Made by a program: the position numbers and the translations under genes. 64,000 nt of DNA from NCBI GenBank assembly GCA_051294375.1, contig CM119267.1, positions 24,254,137-24,318,136 of the forward strand. Direction: 5' to 3'. Below, piece by piece: positions 50,928-64,000 of the stretch (the stretch's first letter is position 1; every line of letters starts with the position of its first letter). Under the pieces are notes generated by a model. It made no database searches. It saw only the letters and a program-made list of their open reading frames with translations, and was not told the origin of the DNA. Source of the stretch: Paraspadella gotoi. Taxonomy: Eukaryota; Animalia; Chaetognatha.

Positions 50928-53900
50928 GAGTATTATTATTATTAGATAAGGAAAAAAATTCCTTCTTAATTATTTATAAATTTTAATATATTTAATTTTA
51001 ATATTTTTATATATTTAATTTATTTATTCATTCGACTTAAAAAAAGATTCAATTTTTTGGTCTTTCTTTCTTTCTCTCCTGATGTCGCTGTCTTCCTTTG
51101 TGATTTTGTGGCTTTGGATAAACATATGGTCTGACCAAATGACCAGATGACCGGAAAAAAGGGATGTGAGAAAAAAAAGGAGAATAAGTTAGAATTAGTG
51201 AGAAGAAGAAAAGGAAAAATAAGGACAGAAAAAAAATGGTAAGGAGTTGTCGACGTTTCGCCGCCGATGCTCATTTTTGTTTAAAAATGACCAATTTTAG
51301 AAAATATTTAATTTCTTCCTTGATTTATTGATCGAATGAACGATCGATTGATTGATTGATTGATTGATTGATTTATGCAACCTTTGTTGTGGTATTATGC
51401 TATTAATCCGTTTCCTACTCTCTAACCCAAAACAAACAAACAAAGATGGCCGCAAGAATAAAAAAAAAAAATTGAACTTGAATCTTCTCCCGCTGCTGCC
51501 ACAACTCTGTCGCCGCTGCTGCCGCCGCCGCTGCCGCCCACGCGGTCGTCACCGCTGAGCCGACATCCCCTCGTCCAGCGAGGGCCACAAAATCGACAAA
51601 ATCCACAGACGGGGGAAAAAAATTGAATTTCGTTCTGAGGGATTAGATGAGCTTTGAGAGAGAGAGAGAGAGAGAGAGATGAGATGAGAGAGAGAGAGAG
51701 AGAGACATAGAGATGACTTATCGTATGAAAAAATCAAACGCGACGCGGTTTTTTGTGTGTCTTTTGTTTTTTTGTTTTGGACAAACTTTGCTCTTCTTAG
51801 TTTTTATAAATGTGACAAAATTGATTTTCCTTGTTTGTTGGTTTACATTCAAAACAAATCATCTAATAAAAACTAAATAAATTGTTAAACAATTTATTAA
51901 AATATTTCTCTTTCTTTCTCCTTCTCCTTTTCTTCTTCTATTTTTTTGGTTTTTATTTTTCTTTTTCTTAATATTCTTTACTTTCATTTCTTTCATTCCT
52001 TTTTCTAACTTCCTTTCTTTTTGCTTTTCAATCTCTTCCTTTCTTTTCCCTTTTCCTTCTCTTCGTTTCTTTTCCCTTTTCCTTCTCTTCGTTTCTTTTC
52101 CAGTTTCCTTCTCTTCCTTTCTTTTCCCTTTTCAATCTCTTTCTTTCTTTTCCCTTTTACATCTCTTTCTTTCTTTTTCCTTTTTCATCTCTTCCTTTCT
52201 TTTCTCTTTTCCATATCTTCCTTTCTTTTCCCTTTTCCATCTCTTTCTTTCTTTTCCCTTTTTAATCTCTTCCTTTCTTTTCTCTTTTCCTTCTCTTCCT
52301 TTCTTTTCCCTTTTTCATCTCTTCCTTTCTTTTCTTTTTTCCTTTTCCTTTTAGGGATTTTTCATTCTGACCGTCGATGGCCTTTCTGCTTAAAGGCATC
52401 CGCCATCTGGACTTTGCCTCTCTCTCTCTCTCTCNNNNNNNNNNNNNNNNNNNNNNNNNTCTCTCTCTCTCTCTCTCTCTTCTCATTCTCTCTCTCTCTC
52501 TCCTCACTTAATAATATAACGAACCAGCAATCACCTTCCTCGTTAACTTCTGCTTTGAATCCCTCGCGATTTGACGACCTCTCATCGACGATCGCGCGTC
52601 CTCTCTCTGTCTTTCCTCTTCTATCTCTCTCATTCTAGTCTCTCTCTCTCTCGTCGCGATTCTTGACGACCTCCTTCAGACTGCCGAACTTTTTCATAGA
52701 ATCGCCGAACTATAGCAGAGGTCCTTTCCAAAGAATCTCGGGTGCTGTGAGCGCTGGTCGTGGAAACTGTTTTTGGTCTCTCCACGACGGCGAGGCTCGA
52801 CTAGCAACCTCCAAAATGTTTCAGTTTTTGATTTGTTGTATCGGCCGAGCCTGTTTGAAAAGTTTGCAAGGGTGAGTAGGCACTACGGAAGGATCTCCAA
52901 GTCCTAGATGTCGCCTGGGTCCATGACCGAATGTGTTCGGGGCGCTCTATTGCCCCTCGTATTCTCACGAGCTCCACAATCTCGGACCATCTTAATACTG
53001 AATGGGGCCACCAAATTGGAGAGAAAGGCTGTCCTATTCTGGACCTCGGGCAAGATAACCAAAATTTACAATAAATGAAAAATACTAACCTCATATTTGA
53101 AATAGAACAAAATAACTCAATAACCGAAAGAGAATTGTGGAGAAACGAAGGAGGCGGGTTTTTAATTTTATTCCGCTCTATTTTTCACTTGAGGTAGCCA
53201 CATCTTAGGGTTGGCACCTCTAACTTCTATTATTGCGGTTGGAATCAATAGGGAAAGCCGCCAAAAAAATGGAAAGGCAAGCAACTGAGAAAGGAAAGTT
53301 TTTAGTGTAGAACTCTAAATCAGTATGGACACGGTATTGGATAGCCGTGACCATACCCGGGGCCGCGGGGTATCTCAACGGCAAACTGCATAGGGGGCTG
53401 GAGCGTTGTGCACCCTAAAGCCTATGGACCGCCTCCTGTCCACTGAGGCATGTTGTATACCGGCACGTCACATTTAAGCCAGAACCGGATACACCACAGG
53501 GAGTATTTGATCCCACGGGATCACGCACGGATGGAATGAGATGATTTAGCCTGCTCAGCCATTGAGACGAAGTGCTGAGGATGGACCAGGCAATGAGGCA
53601 CGCTTTAAGTCTTGCTGCCAACAGGATCCCCCGCACCACAAGACGGTTATTGCGGCGAATGCAACACAAGGGGGCAAACGAACCCTCACAATCCTAAAGG
53701 AGAAGGGAGATGTCATCAGAAAAGAGGAGGTTATTGAGAAAGTACGATGACAATTGCATAAGAGTGGAAGAGGAGGAGAGAGAGGACGAGGGAGAGAGGG
53801 AAGAGAAGGAGAGAAGAGGAGAGAGAGCGAAGCAGAAGAGAGAGAGAGTGCCGAGATAGATACCTGGTAGTTCGCCGAGAATAGTGACATAAAAGGATGC

Positions 53901-56900
53901 ATATGCCCTTAGCGTCTTTCGCAAATAGCGCCGGTGATATGCATACCCCTAATCGAATTACTAGAGACACGTACCAAAGCAGAAGCGCCGAGACACAACA
54001 GAGTGAGACAAGACCGGATATATGACGATGATTCGAAGAGGATTATGAGAGAGAGTACAACATAATATAGGACAAACCCAAGAGAAGGAGGGAAGAAATA
54101 AAGCTCGCGATGAACAACCAAACCCTCTTGGGGATAAATTTCTAAACGAGGGTTGTCTCCGTTTAGAGGGGAAATACTAGTATAATTCGATAAACACCTT
54201 ATATCTTTGGCTTATTACTTATTCGCGCGCGTTCTATTTTCCTGTCTTCTGTGCTTACTCCTTCACAAGTCTCTGATCCGCTCTGGCCTCTCTCTGTCAC
54301 TGGCATGTTTCCTATACCGGCATCCGTCTACCATCCTCCTCCCATCCTCTCTCTCTTCCCTCTTCTAAGGCCAGAACACTCCGGGATAAGTCCCCTCTCG
54401 GGATTTCGAACCTACGGGACGCCAGGGCGGATTGGATATGGACGAAGATCTACGTCTCTGCCTCTCATCGCTCCTCCTCCTTCATCTCCTCCTATTTGAG
54501 ACCTGTCCTTTCTCCCTCCATAGGCTCGAGACTAGCTACAGCTCAGTGTACCGGCTCAGCTCTTAAAGTCTTCCGCTGCCCACCACTCTCCTTCTCACAT
54601 CCCTGCATTTTTTAAAATACTTCGATGTCCAACTCGCCTTTTCCGAGCTCAGTATTCATCCTCCAACTATATTCACATGCTTTTTATTCTTCTTTCCCTA
54701 GATCAAGTATACATCTTTTCTCTTTTTCACATTCTTTTCTTGACCTCTTACCAATAATTATCACTTTATCCCATACAAATATCCAGTTTCTTGTTGACTT
54801 TCACATAAATTCTTGTCTTCCGTTTTGTCTTATGTCGTTCTCACAAGAATTATCACTATGTTCCATTCCTCGCTTAGTTTACCCTAACTCAAATGAAAGT
54901 TTAAAGGTAAAGTCAGAAAAATTTAAAACACTCTGACGGAAGGTATGATCAGGAATCAAGGGTTCCGAGAGTAAGTAAAATGTGTAAAGTGGGACTAAGA
55001 GGAGAAGAGGCTTGGAGATGGAGGTAAGGTATGATAGAGAAGGTAGTACGAGGAATATTTGAGGGAGTTAGCGAGGAGAGGAGAGGTAAGATGCGAGAGT
55101 ATTGGAGTATGATTTGAAGTAAGTGCTACAGAGGGAGGAGGGCCGCTTACACAGTGAGAGTAAAGTTTCATTGTTTTGTTGTCATCATTTCCCTAATATA
55201 ATCTTAGAAAGAGATTTGAGTAGGCAAGACAGCATATTTCCCGTATACTTCCACATCTGAGGTAGGAGGAGCACGATAATCATGAAATTTACTTACGATA
55301 TAGAGAGCGAAAATTACTGGAGGCAAAGTCCACCATCACTTAGAATAAAAACGACGACATATTAAGAAATATAAGAGAGAGGCAGAAACACACATTAGAT
55401 TTATAACTTCGAAGTTTCTCGACGCCAACCGGTGAAAACAGCCCGCTACTCAAGATCATCATGTAAAATTCTGTAAATACATTGATCCCTCCGGTATATG
55501 CGCACCATCCGAGATACACCGCACTGTATCATATTTTAATAATAGTTATAGCAACGGCAGGAGCCGTAAAAAAAAATTAAGATTAATCAGACCGGTATAT
55601 ATCAGATGACTGTCGACCGAAAGAGCAAAAAACTGAATAATGCAGGTTTAATAAAAATTAATAAGATTCCTCGAGTCTCTTTTCTCTCGTCAGAGGATCT
55701 CAACTGGTTTTAGAAAGAGAAAGTATAAATTTTCGTCGTCCAGAGATTTAGTGCCACACGACAGGAAAAAAATGCCAGCGGTTATTGTGCCAGTTTCTGA
55801 ACTCTGTACCTAACATTAGTCCTGCAGCTAGAGGTGGGTGGAGAACGTCCCGTCCAGCTTACAAGTATTGACACTAAAGGGTCGCGCAACGCGAGACCGG
55901 TTTGGTGGGAAGAAGAGAAATCCGCCCATCTGACTGGGAAAAACCAACGGGAGCCATGCCGCGGAAAAGATGGAAAGTCAGGCGGGGTGGCGATAAAAGA
56001 GAGAAATGAAGTGTTGTCACAAAAAAGGATAAAAAAGGAAAAGGTACAATATTGTCCTTTTAAGCGAATGCGTTAAGAGTTTTATTTAGCTTAGTAAAAA
56101 GGCAAACATAAATCCACCAAGAATAACCGAGCGTGATAGGAATATACCAGAGAAAAATGAAATGGATAAGGATTTATAAATTGGTTAGTTTTTAGAGCCT
56201 TAGAATAATAGATCAAGAATTATTAGGAGGGAACTCTTTTTGTTGTAGCAAGTCACAGTCCAATCTAAAACAAATGAGTAACAACTTGTTCAATGATTGA
56301 TTGCGATTTTTGCGCGCGTTGATTTTTTTTATGTCCAAAACAGCTCAAATTACTATTTCTTCAAAAGAAAGAAAGTTTGATTAACTCAAACATAAAAACC
56401 ACCAAGCTGTTCCAAAAGTCACGGGGCAAGAATAGTTCTAATTGATTTATTAAATGACAGGACTATTGGCACTCTCTGGTAATTAATGATACGTTTACCA
56501 TCTGTTCCATACTCACTTCAATGTAGTTTCCCGCGATTTCACTTTCCTCAACACCGAATTATCCGCTCAAATAAATACCTACCTCGTCCTACTCCAGAAA
56601 GCTTCCTCGAGATAATTTCTCAAAATAAACAACAGTAGAAATGAAAAATCTAACTAAATCATTAAACATTATTGTCGTACCTGGTGTACTGGAACAGTGG
56701 AGGATACTAGTGGTCTCGCATTACTCTGCTTTCATTATAGAACAACATAAAACAAGAGGAGAGGAGAGCATGCAGCATAGATAGATGAGCACAGAGATGC
56801 ATGTAGATCGCAAGAGAGATCCGCACCTGTACCACGCACGAGAGAGAGAGAGAGACATGTCCGTCTCGTTCAAGTCCTCCTTCTCCCGATCCCTCGCCTT

Positions 56901-57919
56901 CCTCTACTACAGCACTGCGCTCTTTTCCCTCTAAATTTTGTTTCCCTCGATCATATCCCACAACTTACGTTCTTCTATATATTCTCTTGCACTCGTTCCC
57001 AATAATATCTCTTGCCCAATTTTTTACCTTAAACTGTGGTTTCTGATATATTGACTATATAACCTACACTAATCCTACACTCACAATCTGCGAACACGTA
57101 AGTAGAGAAAGAAAAAGTACAAACTTCCCCCACCGAAATGACGCTCGAGATACGACGACGACGAACGACGACGGACGACGTCTTCGACGTTTCGACGGCG
57201 CAATTGAACGTGGCGGATCAACGCCGTGGAATTTTGAAGGAGACCAGGCGCCGCAAGTCCGGCGTCGGCGCCGAAAATCACGATCGGAAACGCCGTCGGA
57301 GCGATCGGCGTGAAAACTGGTTAGACATACCAGTTTTAGTTTGCAGCGCGAGTACTCTATTATTCGGGCCTGTTTATTTAACTGTCTTTGGGTTATGTCC
57401 CTTATCTTTTTAAATAATTATTTTTCTTTTTAAATATTTGGCAGCACGGAGGCGGGAACTCGAGAAACTTCTTGTTTCATTTCCCTATCGTTTCGTACTT
57501 TCTGTAGTCACGTGATCAAAACTTGAAATAATCTGATCTCGTGGAGCAATCACAACCCTCGGAATTCCGCTTTCTTCAACTTGTACATGTGTGACTTCTT
57601 TCGACAGTCGGTGCGTTCTTGTCGGGCACGATGCTGCCTCTGACCTTCGTCTACAGGGAATTTCCGTGGATCGAGGCTTCCGAACACGCCCTGTCGTCGT
57701 TTATGGCGACCGCACGGAGGGACGAAGTAATTGTGAGTCGTCTGTTTATCGTTACGCAGGATGTATCCCGTCGTAACGGCGCATCGTAGATATATCTGAC
57801 GGAACGAATACCTGTTGTTATGTACGTTCTGTTACGACTGTAAGTACGAGACGTTCAATTTTTTAAACTTTTCAAACTTCCAAAGGTTCAGGGGACCCGG
57901 GATTGGGAGTAAAAGCGGC

Positions 57920-58480
57920 GAAAGGTAAGGTTTCTTTGGGGGTCCCTGGCTCTAGATTCCTTCTTGGGGCTCGTACCGAACGCGAGACAAGGAGCCGTCG
58001 GAAAAGACCAACTTTGGTACGAAAGAGATAAGGGAGTGAGTAAATGTGAGTTCTTTTGTAAGGTAATATGTGTTAAGGTAATGCGTAGGTAATCGGTATA
58101 CGTGTGTAAGCAGTCCAGTGACACAGGTAAGGTTATAAGGTAAGGTTAAGGTAAGGTAAGTCGTAAGGATCAGGAAAGGTCAAGTGTAAAGTAATGTCGT
58201 AAGGTAGGTAAGGCAAGGTAAAGGTAAAGTGTCTAAGGCTCACAGAGGTAAGGCGCTAGGTCTAAAGGTAAAGCGTAATGTGACAAGGAAAGTGATCTCC
58301 GGTAAGGTAAAGGTTCACGGTAAGGTAAGGTAATAGTAAATTTAAATTAATAGTAAGGTAAGGTAACGGCTACACGCTAAAAGGTAAGGTTAACGTGTTA
58401 AGGTCAAGGTTAAGGTATGTGAAAGGTAAGGTAAAGTAATAGTAATAGTAATAGCTTCATATGGTAAGTGTTAAGGTAAG
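57920..58480. repeat. Degenerate (GGTAA/TAAGG)n simple repeat
   Basis: aggtaaggtaagg motifs are dense from ~58060 to 58480. Confidence 0.8.
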
Positions 58481-59229
58481 CATCGGGTCGTCAGCTCGCG
58501 CAGATTGAAGCGAGTTAAGCAGCTTTGATGAAAACTTTATATAATTGATGTCATAAATGAAACATTAGTTGATGTTATGTCTACGCGGAACAGGCTTTTT
58601 CAACTCTTGATTACAAATTTAAAAAGAATATTTTTTTTGAAAAATTATTGAAATGTTTGAAAATTGAACTATGTTAGTATTGTTTTTTTGAAAACGAAAA
58701 AAAAGAAGATTTTTTTAACTCGCAGGGATTTTGGAACAGTCGAGGGACTTTTTGAGCTTTATGTCCTCTTTCAAAAAGATTATTAAGCCAAAAAGATTAT
58801 TAAACCAAAAAAGATTATTAACCTTGGTTAAAACGGTCGTTAAAAAAAGCCACTTCTAACTTTCGATGAACTTTCGTCTAAACAAAAATTTAGAATCGTT
58901 AGACGGCTTGTCAAAAACTTTCAAAAGTTAATTTTAAAACTTTCGAACGTTTAACTTTTAAAATACAACTTTTTTCTTTCAATGTTTTTTTTTAGAGCAT
59001 GGGAGCAAGAGTAAACGCATTTGAAATAATGATTGGCGAATTTAACTTAAGGTAAAAAATACAAACCCTTAAAATGGAACAATTTTTTTTTTACAATATC
59101 TGTTTCTTCTGAACTTTGAATTATTCTAAATATATACTATACTATATTAATTGGTTGTAGAGATTCGGTGGATTTTCGTATTCGATCTGAGAGAAGAGGA
59201 AAAAGACCAAATAATCGAAAGAAAAAATC

Positions 59230-60215
59230 GAATAAATGAGAAAAGAAAAAGAAGAGATGGAGAATGAAAGTTTTCTCGTCGGGGAGTCCCTGGTAGATGA
59301 AATCTAACTCAAACCTTCAATCATCTCAATGTATATCAATCAAAAGAGAAAACGACGCAAAGGGAAGTATTGGAGATGAAAGCTTTTCTCTCTTCGTCGG
59401 GGAGTCCTGGTACACGATGATTTGACATCACACCCTCAATTATCAATTCTTCAACTTTAATCAATCAATTTTCCATTAATTAAAGAAAAAAGAGAAAGAA
59501 GGAGATCAGGAGATGAAGTGGTTATTGTATCAGATGACGGGAGAAGTCTGAGGTAAAGGATCGAATCAAATCAATTATTACAATCAATCATCAATCAATC
59601 AAATGAGAAGAAGAAGGAGGGGAAGACATGAGAGAGTTTTTTTCGTCGAGGAGATCTGGTAAAGATGAATCAAAATCAATCAGATCAAAATCAACGCATG
59701 GACAAATGAGAAGTAGAGAAATAGGAGATTGAGGATGAGGGTCCTTTTTTTGTTGGGGCGGTAAAAAGTAAGATAGGCGGGGTAAGGGGTTCTATGAAAC
59801 TCAAAGGTTCAAATCGAACTAGGGAGGGATCCATATTAGGTCTGCAGAGAAGAAGTCATCTATAGAAGCGAAGAGAGCAATGAGCAGGTAAGCAGTAGAG
59901 TAGGCACAAGTGGCTTGAGAGTTCGGGAATATTGGTCTTTTTACGCTAGTGCAGGTGGGAGGTCTGAGTATAAGGTGTCATTAGAAAATTCTAAATCTAT
60001 CAACAGTAAATTATTTTCAAACGCTAGGGGTTTGAAAAAGGGCAACAGAAGAAGGCTCTGCAATCAAGGTCACCATTTCAGAGTCAATCAATCAATCATA
60101 TGAAGAAGAGAGAAGCAGGAGATAAAAGATGAAAAAGTATTGGTGGTGTGCTCAGCGAGGGTGAATTGAGTCTGGTACAGATCTGAATCAAAGTCCAATC
60201 AAGGAGAATCAACCA
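59230..60215. repeat. Degenerate ~110-120-bp tandem repeat (~6 units)
   Basis: Recurring aaatgagaa..ggagatgaaag..tcgtcggggagtc-tggta..gatgaatc..aatcaatc. Very noisy. Confidence 0.65.
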
Positions 60216-60752
60216 ATGACGAACTATGCACGTAGAAAGAGGACGATGGAAAATGGTGAACTCGGATTCAGACCGGGACCTCTTCTCTGTTTTAATACGA
60301 ATCGGGGAATTTTAGAAAAATCTTTCTCTCAATCTGGTCGTGTCTTGACTAGTTGTGGTAACTGTGATGGGGAGCCGCAGGACGTGCTCGAGATTTGTCG
60401 GCTAGTGATAAGGGGGTTGTGTCTCACTATAACGCGAGGTCTCATGATGCTTCCATTCGAGTATGTCACTGGTAATATGGAAACGGTAAGAGTTATGTTC
60501 TCTTTTGCTCAGCCGAGAGATGGGAGGACTGCCTTCGCGACAGAAGACACTATGTTCAGATTAGTGTCGAGAAACAGGCACCACTTCTCGGGCCATCAGC
60601 TGAAGATGGATGAGTCAAGGCCGTATATAGTCGAGAGCGGGCGGGATTTCACAGGAGAAGAACAGGCCATGCGCAGTTGTATTCTGCAGGGAGACACACC
60701 CCATATAGTTCTAGAGGCAGAGAAGAGAGAGAGAGAGAGAGAAGAGAGAGGA

Positions 60753-60809
<57 letters not shown>

Positions 60810-60839
60810 GAGAGTAAATCTAAAGTTTCGATGTGTGTT

Positions 60840-61960
60840 TCTCTTCGAATCTCAATTTTATTCAGAAGCGATTTCCTCTTTGGTTCTAAAGTCTAACTTT
60901 TCCGTCGCTTCTCTCAAGACGACGCCCCTGCGCGGCATCGCCGCCGCACCCCGCAGCAGCACCGCCTCTCAAAGCAGCGGCGCCGCTGTCCCGACGAAGC
61001 AGTTTTGTTTTTTTTTAAGAATTAATCGATGGACGTCACAATTTTTTCTTAAAAATCGGTCGGTGACGTACGAGTTAATTTCTTCGCTCAAAAGATGATT
61101 ATTGATGAATTAGTCTTTCTTCTGCATCGCTTTACGGGAGGCTTTGTTGACTTCCATATATTCTTCATGCTTCATTCTGTCGGTGTTAGAGATTGTATCT
61201 GCGACGCAAATGGTACTGACACCTTCCCAGGCCGTTGTGCTTCGCAACTTCAGTGGACATGAAGCGTAGAGACGCCTGTATGTTGCCAGCGATTGTATTA
61301 TGGGATCGAGTGAACAGTTTGACTAGATATCCTGGTCCAATTAATTCTGGATTGCGGTCATTTTCGAATGACAATAATAGATTCATATATCTCTTGAAAT
61401 TCCTTGAGTCTACAAGAACCTAAATATCGCAAGTGTCATTGAAGACCGCAGAATTGACCCGATCGGGAATAGTAGCGTACTAAGTGATCATAATTTGGCG
61501 TCGCTATAGTATACTTATGATGGCTATCGCATAGTTGCAAAAAGCAAAGGGTCCTTTGGAGGTCTTTTCAGAATGAGGATTTATTTTATAAACCGACATG
61601 ACAGTTAATAGAAGTTAACGTAAACTGAGCAGTAAAATTATATCTAAATTCTATCAATTTGTTTTTTTAGTCATCTTTTTTGTATATGGTCGAGATAAAT
61701 TTAACTTTCGTGAACGTCACCGAACCGAATTTTTAAGAAATTCGTGACGATCATCGTTTAATAAATCAATAAAAAACAATAAATCTTGTTCGTCGGGACA
61801 GGCGGCGCCGCGCTTTGAGACGGCGGTGCTTGCTGGGCGGCGGTGCGGCGTGCGATGCGCGGCATGGGGCGTCGTCTTTAGAGAGAAGGCAGATCGTTGA
61901 AGTTAGAACTTAGAACCAAAGGAAATCGCTTTCTGTATTAAATTATTGAGATTCGAAGAG
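60840..61960. repeat. Noisy ~1.1-kb fold-back palindrome centred near 61400
   Basis: ctcttcgaatctcaa (60841) pairs with ttgagattcgaagag (~61946-61960), gacgacgcccc pairs with ggggcgtcgtc, and tgcggtc..aatgaca pairs with tgtcattgaagaccgca. Confidence 0.8.
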
Positions 61961-62592
61961 ACTACTTTTACCCAGCGTTCTTGCACTAACTTTTGCTACC
62001 CTTTTTACGCACTATCTCCTTTATGAAACTCCTGAGACAATCTTCGCGTCGCGTGACGAGAGGCATAAGGATTTTGGAATTCGTTTCTCTCTACTATCTT
62101 GGGAGTGTCTGTCTGTCTGTACTGTCTGTCTTTCTTTCTTTCTTTCCTTCTTTCCTTCTTTCTTTCTTTCTTCTTTCTCCATTTCTGTTCTTTCTTTCTT
62201 TCTCTTCTGTCCTCTCCTCTCGCGATCTTCACACTCTTGCATCGAGGGACTCTCTCTTGTCTCTCGTCTCTCCTCTCTCATGCTTTTACTTTTTCGTACT
62301 CCATCTTTTATTTCCAAATTAGATTCGTTATTTTCGTCTTTCACAATTCTTTCTCTTTTCTCTTCTCCCAAAATCAGTTGTCCGTTTTTGGACTTATGTA
62401 CATTTGCGCGACGGCGAACGACAGAACGAACGGACCAGGAAACGGAACCCGGAACGACCCGACCGACCGAAACACAGCAACTCGTTAGTAACATGAGAGT
62501 CGCTCGCGACTAGTTCGAGGGAGGATTGAGTCTCCCTTTTTTTTTGTTTGAAGCCAAGAACGAGAGAAAGAAGAGAAAAAATGTGGAAAGAG

Positions 62593-62625
<33 letters not shown>

Positions 62626-63690
62626 GAGAAGAGAGGAGAGAAGAGAGAGAGAGAGAGAGAGAGAGTAGAGAGAGAGACAGGGAGACTCTTCGAGAGGGTT
62701 TTAACCAGAGGTTAAGACCATGTTACGAAAGGAAACTAGCAAAGAGAGAGAGAGAGCCTAAATGGAAATTCATTCATCAAAAGTTAAAGAGATTTCATAG
62801 AAAAAATATTCCGATATCACACGAGGGACAAAAAGAAAATAAATGAGAGGAAAAAGGAGGAAAATTAAAAAAATAAATGAAGAGAAAAATTGTTAATTTA
62901 TAGAATTTAAAATTTATGCTGTATAAACATGAGAGGAAATTAAAAAAGAAAGAGAGAGAAAGACAGAAAGACAGACAGAAAGAAAGAAAAAAAAAGAAAG
63001 AAAGACTGAAAACCGAGAAACAAAACAAAAGGCCCTTTAAAATAAGACAACTGGCCCCTGGAGATTGACTCTGTCTCTCTCTTTCTCTCTCTCCCTCTCT
63101 CTCTCTCCCTCTCCCTCTCTCTCNNNNNNNNNNNNNNNNNNNNNNNNNNNNNNNNNNNNNNNNNNNNNNNNNNNNNNNNNNNNNNNNNNNNNNNNNNNNN
63201 NNNNNNNNNNNNNNNNNNNNNNNNNNNNNNNNNNNNNNNNNNNNNNNNNNNNNNNNNNNNNNNNNNNNNNNNNNNNNNNNNNNNNNNNNNNTCTCTCCTC
63301 TTTTTGCCTCTCTTCCCCTTTGGTTTTTCTTTCTTACCCTTTTCTCCTTTTCTCATTTTTAAACTTATTCAACTTCAAAGTTCAGGACCGATTTGAGTAG
63401 CGCGAAGAGTAAAGTTTCTTTGTCCCTCTCAGATTCCTTCTTGCTTCCCGTCCATTTAAATTGTAATTCTTTTTGTAGTATTTATCTCTCTTACATTCTA
63501 CTATCTCCCTGCCTTTAACTTTTTAATATCTTCTTTTCCATCTCCTTAATTTCCTTTTCTCTCTTCCTTTTCTCTTCCTTTTCTCTCCTTCCATCTTCCC
63601 TTTTTCTGCTTTTTTCCTATTAAAGAGAAAAGAGAAAAAGAGAGATCTCGTAAGAGATACAGACAGTAAAGGCCGCGTAAGTTGAAAGGG

Positions 63691-63895
63691 TCTACAGTTA
63701 AGCGGGCTTAGGTCGGAAGAGGCTACGCTGGCTACAGTGATGCAGGCTTAAGTCGAAATGGCCTACAGTGATGCGAGCTAAGGTCGTAAAATTCTACAGT
63801 AAATTACGCTAGGGTTGAAAAGGGCAACAGAGAAGCGGGCTTGGATCAAAAGGGGCTACAGTGAATTGCGCTTAGGTCGAAAGACTCTACAGTGG
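63691..63895. repeat. 31-bp minisatellite (~6-7 units; a related noisy copy lies at ~59840-60070)
   Basis: ctacagtgatgcgggcttaggtcgaaaggg-like units. Confidence 0.8.
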
Positions 63896-64000
63896 AACTC
63901 GATGCAGACCGACTTCTTCTCTTTTACGATCGAATTTAAATTTCTCTTCCTTGAATTCGGTTGTGGAGGTGGAATTTTGAATCTCTCTCTCTCTCTCTCT

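Noticed and set aside
55480-55620. Non-LTR RT motifs (a YxDD-like tatatcagatgac)
   Set aside because: It needs several frameshifts, and no supporting QG or KAFD motifs can be read.
60216-60896. 226-aa ORF
   Set aside because: It has no recognisable domain, runs through a GA tract and lies in the noisiest, partly duplicated region.

Overview
This is a repeat-saturated, AT-rich eukaryotic (probably invertebrate animal) scaffold with (GA)n/(GAC)n microsatellites, several ~25-N gaps and heavy indel noise typical of poorly polished long-read gap filling. No intact host gene can be supported. Positions 2141-29345 consist of four partial copies of one ~6.7-kb composite repeat in alternating orientation. 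This unit begins with the 3' end (pLTR) of a Penelope-like retroelement carrying a minimal type I hammerhead ribozyme, present in three copies. In one copy the pLTR is continuous with a frameshifted Penelope RT + GIY-YIG ORF (minus strand, ~29566-31500). The copies differ by two nested DNA-transposon-like insertions, by minisatellite copy number and by small indels. One insertion is a hAT-like element holding a ~2-kb array of perfectly palindromic 20-21-mers, and the other is a 2.26-kb element with a TTAT TSD. The rest of the window holds a Tc1/mariner-type MITE with ~320-bp TIRs and a TA TSD, a near full-length but frameshifted BEL/Pao LTR retrotransposon (~40890-48965), many minisatellites, possible LRR-like exon fragments and a noisy ~1.1-kb fold-back palindrome that is probably artefactual.
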